Assembly: GCF_036588685.1 (NCBI RefSeq)
Contig: NC_086379.1
Location: forward strand, 58,032,001-58,096,000
DNA from: Mytilus trossulus
Taxonomy: Eukaryota
Length of the DNA stretch: 64,000 bases
Direction: 5' to 3'
Below are positions 24,501 to 36,142 of the stretch, piece after piece. Position 1 is the first letter of the stretch. Each line of letters begins with the position of its first letter. The translations under genes were made by a program, and so were the position numbers. The notes under the pieces were generated by a model. That model saw only the letters and a program-made list of their open reading frames with translations. It made no database searches and had not been told where the DNA came from.

Positions 24501-27500
24501 TAGCCAAATATAATGTCTATTCTAATCAAATGCAGCAAGTTTGCTACGTTTAACTTTGAATTGTCATTAAAGTAATTAAGACGAACAATCATGATTAAAG
24601 AACCGTAGTGATCGTCTTTTATTGTATTATTGTATTTTGGTTCAAATTTTAGTTAGTGACAACTGCATATTAAGGTTTTGTTATGAAACAAAAACTTGTG
24701 TTAAATTGTTCAAAATGTATGAATTAGGCAACATATGTAAAAAGATTGATATATAGTCTTTGTATGAATAATTTGTGGGATAAACAGTGGTTGTTGAATG
24801 TAGACAGCTCTAGTTACCTTTGATAAGACAGTGTTTGTTTGATCAAGCTAACTAATATTTTTAGCTTCTTCAGCAAAGTGTAGATTATATAGGTATGCGG
24901 TAACAAATGTAGTTTTGCCATTTTATTTACAGAAATAAATTCCTGTACTTTTTCGTAAATGTATAACAATGATTCGTTTGTCTTCCCATAACATTTTTAT
25001 TGAAACTGGGCGTTATGTTGGTACTTATAGAAAGGTAAGAAAAAAATTGTGATTAAGGAGTAATAGAGGATGAATTTTATTTCATCCTACAATGTAGCAG
25101 ATATACTGATTTGCGAAAATAATATATAAAAAATATTACTGGTCTAGGCCATCAATTTTTAAGTTAATAGAATCATTATCTGATGAAAACACAAAACAGT
25201 TTTGTGACATAGGAATGTATATACATTTCTCTTCTAAATAAAAAAAAAACAGTTATAAAAGATATTGTGTATTGATGAAACTTCTGACGTCACTTATTGT
25301 TAATTATAGATCATTATACATATTGTTAACATTGTTTGTAATATGCCATATGTATACACTGTACAGGTACTCAATTACTGACGAGCCGTCAAGTTAACAA
25401 AGAATTTGAATTTATTGTAACTTTAAAAGAAGAATTTAAATTTTAGAAAATGTTCTTCAACTAATTAAGTATTTGATTTGGTCTGTTGATTATTTTGATT
25501 CGAACGCCGTTGGTGAGACGAAACGAGCGTCTGCAGTAGCACATAAGTAGCCCGGTATATTTTATATTAGAGTTTTTACACCCTTTTTGTTAAACTTTAA
25601 TACACGATTTTCAATAATATTATTTATATGTTAATGAAACGAAAAATCTTTTTGATGAAATATTTACAGAAATCATACCAATTTCACAGGTTAACCAAAA
25701 AGGTAATGTACTGTCGCCACAAACTTTTAAAAATAAAGTATCAAAACTATCAATATTTATCTTAAGAGTGTATCCAAAAAGGTAAATCATCAGTTTTACG
25801 AATGTGTCTGGTTGTTATCAATTTTTCAAAATAGTGTACAAAACCTAAAACGTAAGTAAATTAAGTAATTCAGTAAATAGTGAGTTAAAGCATAAAACTG
25901 TAAGCAAACGATCAGTGCAAAATATGCTGTAACGGAAACTATTTAAAGTACTTCATTTGTATTTAAACTCGTATTCAAAAGGTCATGGTAACACATTTAA
26001 TTCAATCGAATGAATTTCAATTACAAGGAAGTATTTCAAATAAACCCATAAATTTAACTCCAATATACGCAATAAGGTAAGAAAATTTAAGGCATAGATA
26101 TTAAAGTGCTTATTTTTCATATTATTCCAATTGTTTTATCATTATTATGAAACTGACTTTCAATTTGGCAATACTAATGCCGCCATATGAAAAGAGATTC
26201 AGATTCATTTAAAATTTCATAGTACATGACACCTTTTGAGAATGCATATAAATGATACCATAAGTATATCATGTATAAAATGCATAACATAAATAACATG
26301 ATTTTTTTTAGTGCGCACGGCATATTTGCTTTGGAAAAACTTTCATCTAGCACATATGATTGGATAACCAAAATATTATCATTTTAGGGCATTATAACCG
26401 AAAGGTCAACTTTAACAAGTAAACGTTTCGCTTCAGAGAGTTGTAACATAAGTTCCAACACAATTTGAAATAAAAGCCGATTATTTTTCTCTTTTGACAA
26501 AGTAATTACTTGGTCTATTATGTATTATTATAACGAAATACGAAACAAGAATATAGAGAATATAGGGGGAGCTTAGCTATGGCTCAACTTGTTCATTTTT
26601 ACATTCCATGGCTAAAGCTGTATCCCATTTTCTGAATACCTGTACCATGTCAGGAAAATAGAAGTTGTTTGTTATTGTTCCGTTAGTTGCTTCCTTTTTA
26701 ATTTACCTTCGAGTTCTGTATTGTTTGTTATATTTTTTTTTCTAAAAACCTATGCTCCTCTCAATTATTTAGGAACATGAACAAAGATTAGCTGAGAGAA
26801 AAATATCTTTGTTATATTTTTGTTGTCTTAGGTATTTGTTAATAACCCTTCACATTGTGTTTGTCGTCTCTTAAGAATTTATAAAAATTTGATTTCAAGT
26901 CAGAATCATTAATCAACATTACAATAAATAAGGAAACTCGTATAGTGTTTTTCACATGTTACATAAAAATGAAGTTAATATTCTTTAATCTATTTTATGC
27001 TCATTTTAAAGCATGGAGAGGTAAATTACTAAATCAAATGAAATAACGTAGTCGTTTGTACGAAAAGATAAAAGATAAATTCACACACATTTCAAATAAA
27101 AGGAAAGTGTCAAATAAAAATATTAAAATTCAGAATAAAAATGGAGAATGTGTCAAATAGACAACAAACCGACCAAATAGTAAACAGCAGCCGAAATCCT
27201 CAACACAGCGAGGAAATCCTGCACCCGAATAGGGGCTTCAGCTGACCCCTAAATAAAAGGTGATCTAGTTCAGTGAACATGGACGTCATAGTTGACTAAA
27301 AAAAACTATCTTGAAAAATTACTATAAAACCGAACTTATCATCATGAGGTTTATGTTACTATCTCTGTCGGAGACGGACCCAGGGAAACAGGTGACCTAG
27401 ACTACCTTTTACGAAACTGGACATAAGAATAATTCATTGAATTATACATGTTTCACTCCTTATCTTGTTTAGTATGCCTTCCCTCTTTTTCTAATTCTTG

Positions 27501-28714
27501 GATCTACATCTGACTGCTAAAATTTTGTTTTTGCCAGTTCACCGTGGTAAATCAAATATTGGACACAACATGACACTATTCCAAGAATAAACGAGCCACC
27601 ATACTATTTGATAAATCGGTATCGTGATCAATATCTTATATTAATTCAAACTGTCATTCCAATTTATTTATTCTATAAAAAAAATGGTATAAATAGTTCT
27701 TGGATATCCTTACTTTTAAATTTTTAATTAGAAATTTAGAAACAAAATTTACCGTTTAAGTCATATCAATACCGACGAATGAATGATTTGCGGAAGGTTA
27801 ACTTATCCAACATGCAGGTGTCTATCCAACATGCCAAGCTCCATGTCGTAGCGGGGCATTAACATTGGAAATTAATTCAACGTTCATTTCTCCAAATAAC
27901 AAAACGTATTTTAAAAGAAGAGCAAAATATACCAGGGAGACAGTCAAATCATAGATCGAAAATAAACTTACATAGCAATAGCTGAAAAAGAAAACGACAA
28001 ACAGACACATTATAGTACACAATACAAAACATAGAAAACTAAAGACTAAGCAATACGAACCCCACCAAAACTTGAGGCGATACAAGATATGACGTATACA
28101 ACTGCTTAGAACACGCATATACAAATTTATATGTTAAATTTGTCGTATTCAGATGATGAAAAAAGTTATACTTTATTATTACTAATGGTTAAAACGAACC
28201 GAGAAAAAAATGATAGAAACTTTACAAAGGTAACAGTAGTATTACGCTGTTCAAAGTCAGAAATCAATTGAGAGAAAAAAAATTCGGGTTACAAACTATA
28301 AAATCGAGGGAAACATTACAACTGTGAGGAAAAAACAACGAAACAACAGAACACTGAATGCAAAAAAAAACAAAACAACAACCGACAAAACATTAATTGT
28401 TATACTGTATTTAATTGAAGTAGTTGTTGCATGTCATATTCTAATTCTTTTCGTTATGTTGAGAATTTGATGTCATGCATATTCAAGGAGAAAAACAAGT
28501 AATAAGAAATTTAAAACATGAGTCACTCTACTATAGTTCTCGGCTTACCTGTTTTCTCATTGTTTAGGCGGAATGTATATTTAAAAATTGTGAGCTTGAT
28601 GTTTGCTGACTTGTAATTGTAAAAACATAATACATATGTGGGAAGATTATTCAATTAATAAAAATTCAGGGGTAGCTTTACTTCAAGTCATTTTATTTTA
28701 TTTGCAGCTAAATA

Positions 28715-30214
28715 ATGACGAATCTACTGTGTAATATATTGCGTGCTACTTTTATTGTTCCTTTTTCTGCTGGTCTTATTAAGGAGCGAAGAAATGGAGG
28801 TTTTTCAGTACATGATGGCAGTATTGCAGGCGTAGTTCTTTTGACCACAGCCATGATTATTATCTTTGAAATTATAGTTGTACTACCAGTGAAACAGTCT
28901 CGATTGCTGATGGTAGGGCTTGCAGGTCTGGCGTTAATCTGTCTGGCATTGTGTAGTATTGTCGCTCGATGCCGTTCTAACTGGCTGGAAGTAAAGACTG
29001 TGAAACCGAGCGATCAATTGAAACTAAAATTTCTATGGCTATTTTGTATCGGAAATATAACGTACCAAGCATTACAACTAGCAATGCATCTCGTTTGTAA
29101 GATCTACAACCTTCAAGTCACATTGTTTTGGACATTTACCTGGACATTTCAGATATGTCAAACTGCGTTCATTCACTATTTTTCTAGATTTAGATTTGCA
29201 AATGCTCTGTGTTTGTATTACGGGTTGTTGGTTCTCTGTGTGACAAATATTTCAATGTGGACACAGCAAACGTTCTATACGAACAGAATTAGACACGAGA
29301 TAAATATTAGCAACATTATTAATAATACAACCTCGAACTGTTTTTATGCTGATGGACTTGCAACAGCAATTGCATACTTGAATCCATACCTACAACCTGT
29401 ACTTCTAGAATATTCTCTTTTAAGTCTGATATTTCTTTCTGAAATGTGGCCAAAAAAGAAGGTCGAATTTGAGACATCCAACAATTTTCTTTCAAGAGAC
29501 ATAGACGATGAAAACCAGACATTACTAGTACAAAATGATGATCTAGATAGTGAACAACATCCACTTCTGCCGCGCAGTAATGTCTGGAATAAAAATTCAG
29601 TATGCGTCCTGGTGATAGGATTTCTTTATAACTTCTTATTTATGATCATTCAATGTATATACATATATAGACCTAGGGAAACAATGACAGATTACAGGAC
29701 GGTTTCCTATATTATCTTCTTTTGTGCTAATTTAGTACGAACGCCGCTTATAATCAAGTGCTTCTATGCATTAAACGGACAATTAAGACCAAAACAGGAA
29801 AGTAATAGTGGGATGAGTTTAGATCAGTTTGTTATAATAACAAGTTCGTTTGCGACTTGTGGATACTATATTTCAGATTGGTTCAGTGAGTCACCATCAA
29901 ATACAGATTCAGGAGACATTCTGTTTAAAGTTAATGCCTTCTTTCGTATTATTGCTACGCTTTTTCAAACATTATTCATTTTGCAAATGAAACATTACAA
30001 AAAGATAGGAGACCAAAAGCCTTTTTGTTCTATACAAAATACTTTTTTGTTTGTATCATTGGTTAATCTTGGAATATGGATGTCATACACTTTTGTAAAT
30101 CCCAGATATCGTCTGACACCATCTAGTTTTTTACTAGAAAGTTTTTGGTTTCCATTTGTTTTATTCTATCACTTCGAATGTTTTGTCGCATTTTACAAAT
30201 TTTTTCGAGCATGA
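28715..30214 (+). CDS. Otopetrin-like proton channel paralog 3 (499 aa, single coding exon)
   Basis: HDGSIAG, CQTAFI, TNISMW, PYLQPVLLEYSL, FQTLFILQ, VNLGIW, PFVLFYHFEC. Acceptor TTTGCAG ends at 28707. Confidence 0.92.
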   Translation: MTNLLCNILRATFIVPFSAGLIKERRNGGFSVHDGSIAGVVLLTTAMIIIFEIIVVLPVKQSRLLMVGLAGLALICLALCSIVARCRSNWLEVKTVKPSDQLKLKFLWLFCIGNITYQALQLAMHLVCKIYNLQVTLFWTFTWTFQICQTAFIHYFSRFRFANALCLYYGLLVLCVTNISMWTQQTFYTNRIRHEINISNIINNTTSNCFYADGLATAIAYLNPYLQPVLLEYSLLSLIFLSEMWPKKKVEFETSNNFLSRDIDDENQTLLVQNDDLDSEQHPLLPRSNVWNKNSVCVLVIGFLYNFLFMIIQCIYIYRPRETMTDYRTVSYIIFFCANLVRTPLIIKCFYALNGQLRPKQESNSGMSLDQFVIITSSFATCGYYISDWFSESPSNTDSGDILFKVNAFFRIIATLFQTLFILQMKHYKKIGDQKPFCSIQNTFLFVSLVNLGIWMSYTFVNPRYRLTPSSFLLESFWFPFVLFYHFECFVAFYKFFRA

Positions 30215-32026
30215 TTTTATTATGTATTCGACATAGGACAAAACCAAATATCTGCAAGTGACTGTATATCCTCCTTTGGTTCTAATCGAATGTAATAACC
30301 CTAAGTATTATTTTTTCATCATTTTTTCTACACTAAATTATTTTAATTTATTTTTTAATTTATTTTTATAAAAACATTTATAACTTTTCCCTTGGTTAAG
30401 TCCAGTAAGATTGCCATTTGACCCAGGACAAATTGCAACAGAAAAAACAAATTTTCACCTTCCATCACAGTACAAAGAAATTCTGCTTTTCATTATATAT
30501 TTTTTTACGAAAGTTTACTATCAATATATTTTAAACAGAAAACTCATTTGTTTTGATGAGAAAGGAATAGTCAGTATACAAATTTCAACTTGTGTCAATG
30601 GATTGTTTTGTCAATGAAAATATGGATTGTTTCATGTTTCGATAATTCTGAATAGGACAAGTATTAGCTTTCAAAAATGTTTGTCTGATTTGAGTATCTA
30701 TTAGATGTGAACAGAAGTATATTCTGAGATACGAGACAAGTATTTGTATAGATTTAGGACTTCATTTAATGCAGATTAATAAAGTGTAGGAAAATTATAA
30801 ATACGATGTTTTATCATTGGTAATATACTGTTTCAACAGATGCATGTGAATGTATTTGATTTTCTGGGATTTAAGCTTATTATTTATTATTCTTATACAG
30901 TGGGAAATGTAGTGAATAAACGGAATAACGTTCAAATAAAAAGTTAAACTTGAAATAATTTAAAATAAAAATAAAACTTCAACTCAATTTTATTATTTTC
31001 CTTCTGATGTAATAATTAAACGACGAGTACATCAATCTTTAGAGTGGAGTAAACATATTTCTATGAGAATAAATTCCTAGAGTACCAACTTCAATTTTAT
31101 TTTCACTATCTGTATACCTTTCTGGAGCAGGCTTAATTTTCGTATATATATATACAGATGGATCAGAAAAAATCATGTTATGCAGCAAAAATTGTCACTT
31201 TTGAAATGTACAATTATTATTTAAAAATAACTTTTGACCTATATCGTCACCGGTCTTGTTTTTGTTGTTGACTTTTTCGGCTCTATCATAAGAAAAGTGA
31301 ATTTGCTTTTGTTTTTGTTTACTGGATATCCCACTGTATAGATGACTTTTTCTAATCTATTAGACTTTGTCAGAGTAACTTTAATTTTAAAAGTTAACAA
31401 CATTTACCTCTATGCACAATTAGTTTGATAAGATTGATGAAAACAATTAGCCATCTTGTATTATTTCTATTTTGTATTTAATAAAATCAAGTAAATACAT
31501 AACTATTGCACGTGTTTGATTTGAGTTTTGTTTTAATCGGTTAATGGTATCTTTACCTAACTCTCCTTTCAAATAATTGTCCTCAAAATCAAAACATAAA
31601 AACAAACAAAACAAAACAAATATCACTAAAAACCTTTTAAATTGTAAGGATACATGTGTTATAATGTACAAAGGTGTAACGTTTTTTTATAGTTTAGTTA
31701 ATCAATATCCCAATACCCTATGCTGTAAATATATAAAACTGGTCGTCTTTATTTTAGATTGTTTACTATAACCGAATGTTTTCACATGACAAGGGATACA
31801 AACATAGCAAGATAAGCTTAAGCTGTCGACTCAACCTGTTTCGCTACTTTAAGGAATTATGCGATTCCCACAATTTTGGTCTGTACTTTTATCCAGTTTA
31901 TCAAATTAAGACATCGGATTTACTACTTTTGCCTATATTTAAGAATTGTTACCCTTGTTTATAGCAATAAACAGATTCAAAGATATAGCATGTCCTTTAT
32001 AGCTTGTTGTTCGGTGTAAGCCAGGG

Positions 32027-32419
32027 ATAGTTATCAAAGGTACCATGATTATAATTTAGTACGCCAGACGCGCGTTTCGTCTACATAAGACTCATCAGTG
32101 ACGCTCATATCAAAATATTTATAAAGCCAAACACGTACAAAGTTGAAGAGCATTGAGGATCCAAAATTACAAAAAGGTGTGCCAAATACGGCTAAGGTAA
32201 TCTATGCCTGGGATAAAAAAATCCTTAGTTTTTCGAAAAAATCAAAGTTTTGTCATAGGAAATTTATCAAAATGACCACATTATTGATATGCATGTCAAC
32301 ACCGACGTGTTGACTACTGGGCTGGTGATATCCTCGGGGACGAAACGTCCACCAGCAGTGGCATCGACCCAGTGGTGTTAATAGTTATCAAAGGTACCAG
32401 GATTATAATTTAGTACGCC
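32027..32419 (-). mobile_element. Full retrozyme monomer (354 nt) plus ~40 nt, inserted into an interspersed repeat
   Basis: ATAGTTATCAAAGGTACC at 32027 and 32381; intact hammerhead inside; the host repeat resumes at CCGTGTTGAAGGCC. Confidence 0.9.
32061..32104 (-). ncRNA. Type I hammerhead ribozyme with minimal palindromic stem III
   Basis: GCGTCA-CTGATGA-GTCT(TATGT)AGAC-GAAA-CGCGCG-TC^TGGCGT. Stem I GCGTCA/TGGCGT, 4-bp stem II, GUC cleavage triplet. Confidence 0.9.
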
Positions 32420-33179
32420 GTGTTGAAGGCCGTACATTGACCTATAATGGTTTACTTTTATAAATTGTTATTTGGATGGAGAGTTGTCTCATTGGCATTC
32501 ACACCACATCTTCCTATATCTATTATAAATTACTATTGAAGTTACGGTTAAACTCTATCAATTTAAAGCAATTTTTTGAAATTTCTTACTTGGGACAGTC
32601 ATGATCATTTATATGAATACATTACCTGAGCTGTATTTAGCAAAACGTTTAGAAATTTTGGTCCTTGATGCTCTTTAATTTTTACTTTTTTTGGCCTATT
32701 TATGTTTGTGTTATTCGAGCGTCATTGGTGGGACGAAGCGCGAGTCTGGCGTGATTACAGAAGTTGGTCCTGGTATCTGTTTTGAGTTTATTTAACCATA
32801 CAGTGGGGTAAAATTATTTTTTAGGATTAGATCAGAATCTTTACTCTTCCATAGGTGATTAATAAAGGAATCATGAGAGCAAAATAATATATATATATAG
32901 GCCAATGTGCTTGTTTTCGAGATATTAGCCATTGAAATTGTGGCGAAAAATGTCCTCTCTTGACTTTAATCATACATAGCTATATCATTGAAAAGTTTAA
33001 GTTTTATCCTTGTATCTGTGATGAGTTTTTTTATCATGTTTATGGCATCCAAAATATTCACATGTACGAACAAAATAATAAAATATATGTGTGTGACAGT
33101 CGTGTGGCAGACAATGTGTGGGTCTGTTGTGCTGTTTTCTGTGCTGTCATTGGTTGTTTTACGTGTTAGTTTTTATTAT

Positions 33180-33450
33180 GAAGTTAGTCCGCACTTTGGT
33201 GTTGACATGAATATGAATTATATGGTAATTTTTATAAATTTACTGTTTGCCAAAGTGAGAATTTTAAAATACTTAAGAATTTCTAATCCCAGGCATACAC
33301 AACCTTAACCGTTTAAGGCACACCTGTTTTGAAATTTGGGATAATCAATGCTCTTCAAATTTCTTACGATTTTTATCTGAGCCTCACTGATGAGTCTTTT
33401 GTAGATCGCGTCTGGTGTTTTAAATTATAAGACTTGTACATTTGATAAGC
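33180..33450 (+). mobile_element. Degenerate retrozyme copy in the opposite orientation
   Basis: GGTGTTGACATGAATATGAATTATATGGT...GAGCCTCACTGATGAGTCTTTTGTAGA..CGCGTCTGGTGT; the GAAA is lost. Confidence 0.7.
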
Positions 33451-33971
33451 AATATCGTATCGAAATGTACTATTGTTTTTGTTTATTTGTATATTTTTCT
33501 GTCCTGAATTTGTTATTACAGTAGTCCTATCATGTAATGTTGTCATTATATTTTATATTGTCATAAAACGCGAGGTTTGGCTAGCAACAAAACAAGATTC
33601 AACCCACCACCTTGCCTTAAAATGTCCTGTACCAAGTCTTGAAAATCGCAGTTGTTATCTTATATTTCTTTTCTGAGTGTGTTGCATTGTCGTTTGTTTT
33701 TGTTGCACTTCAGTGTTTCTGTTGTTTCGTTGTTTCCCTCTTATAGTTGACATGTTTTCCTCAGTTCTAGTAAGTAACTCATATTTGTTTTCTTTCAATC
33801 GATTTATGAATTTCGAACAGCGGAATACTACAGTTGCCTTTAATTGGCAGTTTTTGCTGTTTTTCACAAAATATAAGAAGTGCGAATACGTAAGACAAAA
33901 TTTAAAAATATAAATACTAATATCTAGCAGTCGTGTGTCTTTTGAATATCGGAAGGCTATTTTTTGGTTAA

Positions 33972-34710
33972 GGTTTATGTACCCTTCTGTAGCCATTTTT
34001 GTACGAATTTTTCAAACCTCAATTGCATCAAAACTACAGATATAATGAATAATAGAGATATGCCATTAAGTACATATTCAAAGGGGAAACTTGATGCAAA
34101 GCATTAATTTTTACTGTTCCATTGCATTTGATAGAAAAAGAGGACTTTGTGGCAAATAAATCAAGATTTTTATAGAAAATCCACAGCCTTCAATACAGAG
34201 ATTTTTGTTATAAACTTTGAAACATAAATTACTCACTTGATTTTCCATGATGTGCTAGTGTTTATTTTTTACAAAAAGTTCTAAGCAACCTGTAAATTCC
34301 AAAACATCTCGTGCTGAGTCACTTAAGTCGAGCGCACATTAAAAGGTGTACTTGATTTTGGCCACATTTATATTTGTTTTAACCAATAACTACATTTATA
34401 AACTTGTTTTAAGGAAATTAATGCTAGCACTGCATGCAATAATCCTATATCTATCAGTCTTCGAATTGCCAAATATGAGAGTACAAGGATAAAGGCTGTG
34501 GATTTTCTATAAAAATCTTGATTTATTTGCCACAAAGTCCTCTTTTTCTATCAAATGCAATGGAACAGTAAAAAATAATGCTTTGCATCAAGTTTCCCCT
34601 TGGAATATGTACAAAATGGCCTATCTCTATTATTCATTATATCTGTAGTTTTGATACAATCGAAGTTTTAAAAGTTCGTACAAAAATGGCTACAGAAGGG
34701 TACATAAACC
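33972..34710. mobile_element. Non-autonomous DNA transposon with ~219-bp TIRs and TTAA TSD (Kolobok-like GG termini)
   Basis: Arms 33972-34190 and 34492-34710; TTAA at 33968-33971 and 34711-34714. Confidence 0.88.
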
Positions 34711-36142
34711 TTAATGAATAAATATAGTTTTTGATTTTCGATAAAATAAAAACAAGAACCCAACATCATCTTGCGTTGAATGTTCGTTGAATTATATCCA
34801 AATTGGATAAACACTAGAATTAAACAACCGAAGTAAGTTGCTATAATGACACAACAACTTTGCAGCAATTTGGAAATTTGAAAAAAATATACTACAGCAG
34901 AAAGGTTCGATTAAGGAAACTAATAAACACGATGATGAATCATAGTCAAATTAGTTTTCTCCGGGGTTTAAGTGATGTCGCCACAATCTATTAATATAAG
35001 GAATATATCTATAAATATATGTCAATAGAACTTGTCGATACAAAGGTCAACTATCCATTTTATGAATGTGTCGCATCGTTCTGAGTACATCGAAAGAACA
35101 TTCAACACTACCAACAGTAAGTAAATAAAGTAAATAAGACATTAAGCATTTAATTGTAAGCAAGCTTAGTTTGCAATGAATTTGTAGAAATGCATTTTTG
35201 ATAACTTCATTGGTATTCAATTAAGCGTTCTTCATATGACAGGAGCAAATTCCAAAATCAATTACTAATACGTAGAAAAATATTCAAAATAAATCAATTA
35301 CTAAAATTCTAATCAAGCTATATATGTTACTGCTTTTAAATTTATGAAAAAAGATAAGAACTAAACACAAAGCTATGTATCTACTTTTCAATTGTAATCT
35401 ATTAAAATCAATAGTGTTGTGTCTATAACCAAGGCCGAATATTTTGTGTCAAAAGAAATTTATTAATAGATGACATCTTTTTTAAAGTGTAAACAAGCAT
35501 AACGTTGCTGCTAGGTTACGTTCAAATCCTTTTTACACTTATTTGATATTATTTAAATGTTTAATTGGGTGGTTATAATAGGCTATATATACTCCGTTAA
35601 AAAAGATTTTTTTAAATATGCACTCTGCGCGTAGGCCGGTATAGCGTTCTTCAGTTACTTTCGTTACCAAAAGCTTAATATTTCTCTAAATAATATTTAA
35701 ACAGTTGCCATAGATGATAAAAGATAACCTTCTTAGTCATTTTGTTTAAGGAGTTGAACCTTAAAGTAATCACAACAACATATAATTTTAGTTGAAAAAA
35801 AACGAATATAATGTCTGTTTTACTCATCCAAATACCGAAGTATTGGGCATCCGGGGAATAGTACAGTCAGTTCTGCTAGGGAACATAACTGATTTTCTAA
35901 AAATTCGCTTTGGATAAAATGTTCAAATCTGCCTCCAGAGATAGTTAGCCATTTTTCCTTCAAATGTTTGGTTGTTAATTTTTTTCGACTTAATTACTGA
36001 TGTATGCTTCAACTGTTATATTCGAGAGCCAATGATGATTCTTAATTAGGCGCATGCCCCACTGGCGTATTGAGTTATGAGGTTAGTATTTTAATGAATT
36101 TTACTAGCAATCGCATCAATAACAATGCAATTACGTATTATT

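Noticed and set aside
28518-28526. AP-1 site TGAGTCA and ETS-like cores upstream of otopetrin genes
   Set aside because: Short motifs expected by chance and not positionally conserved between paralogs.
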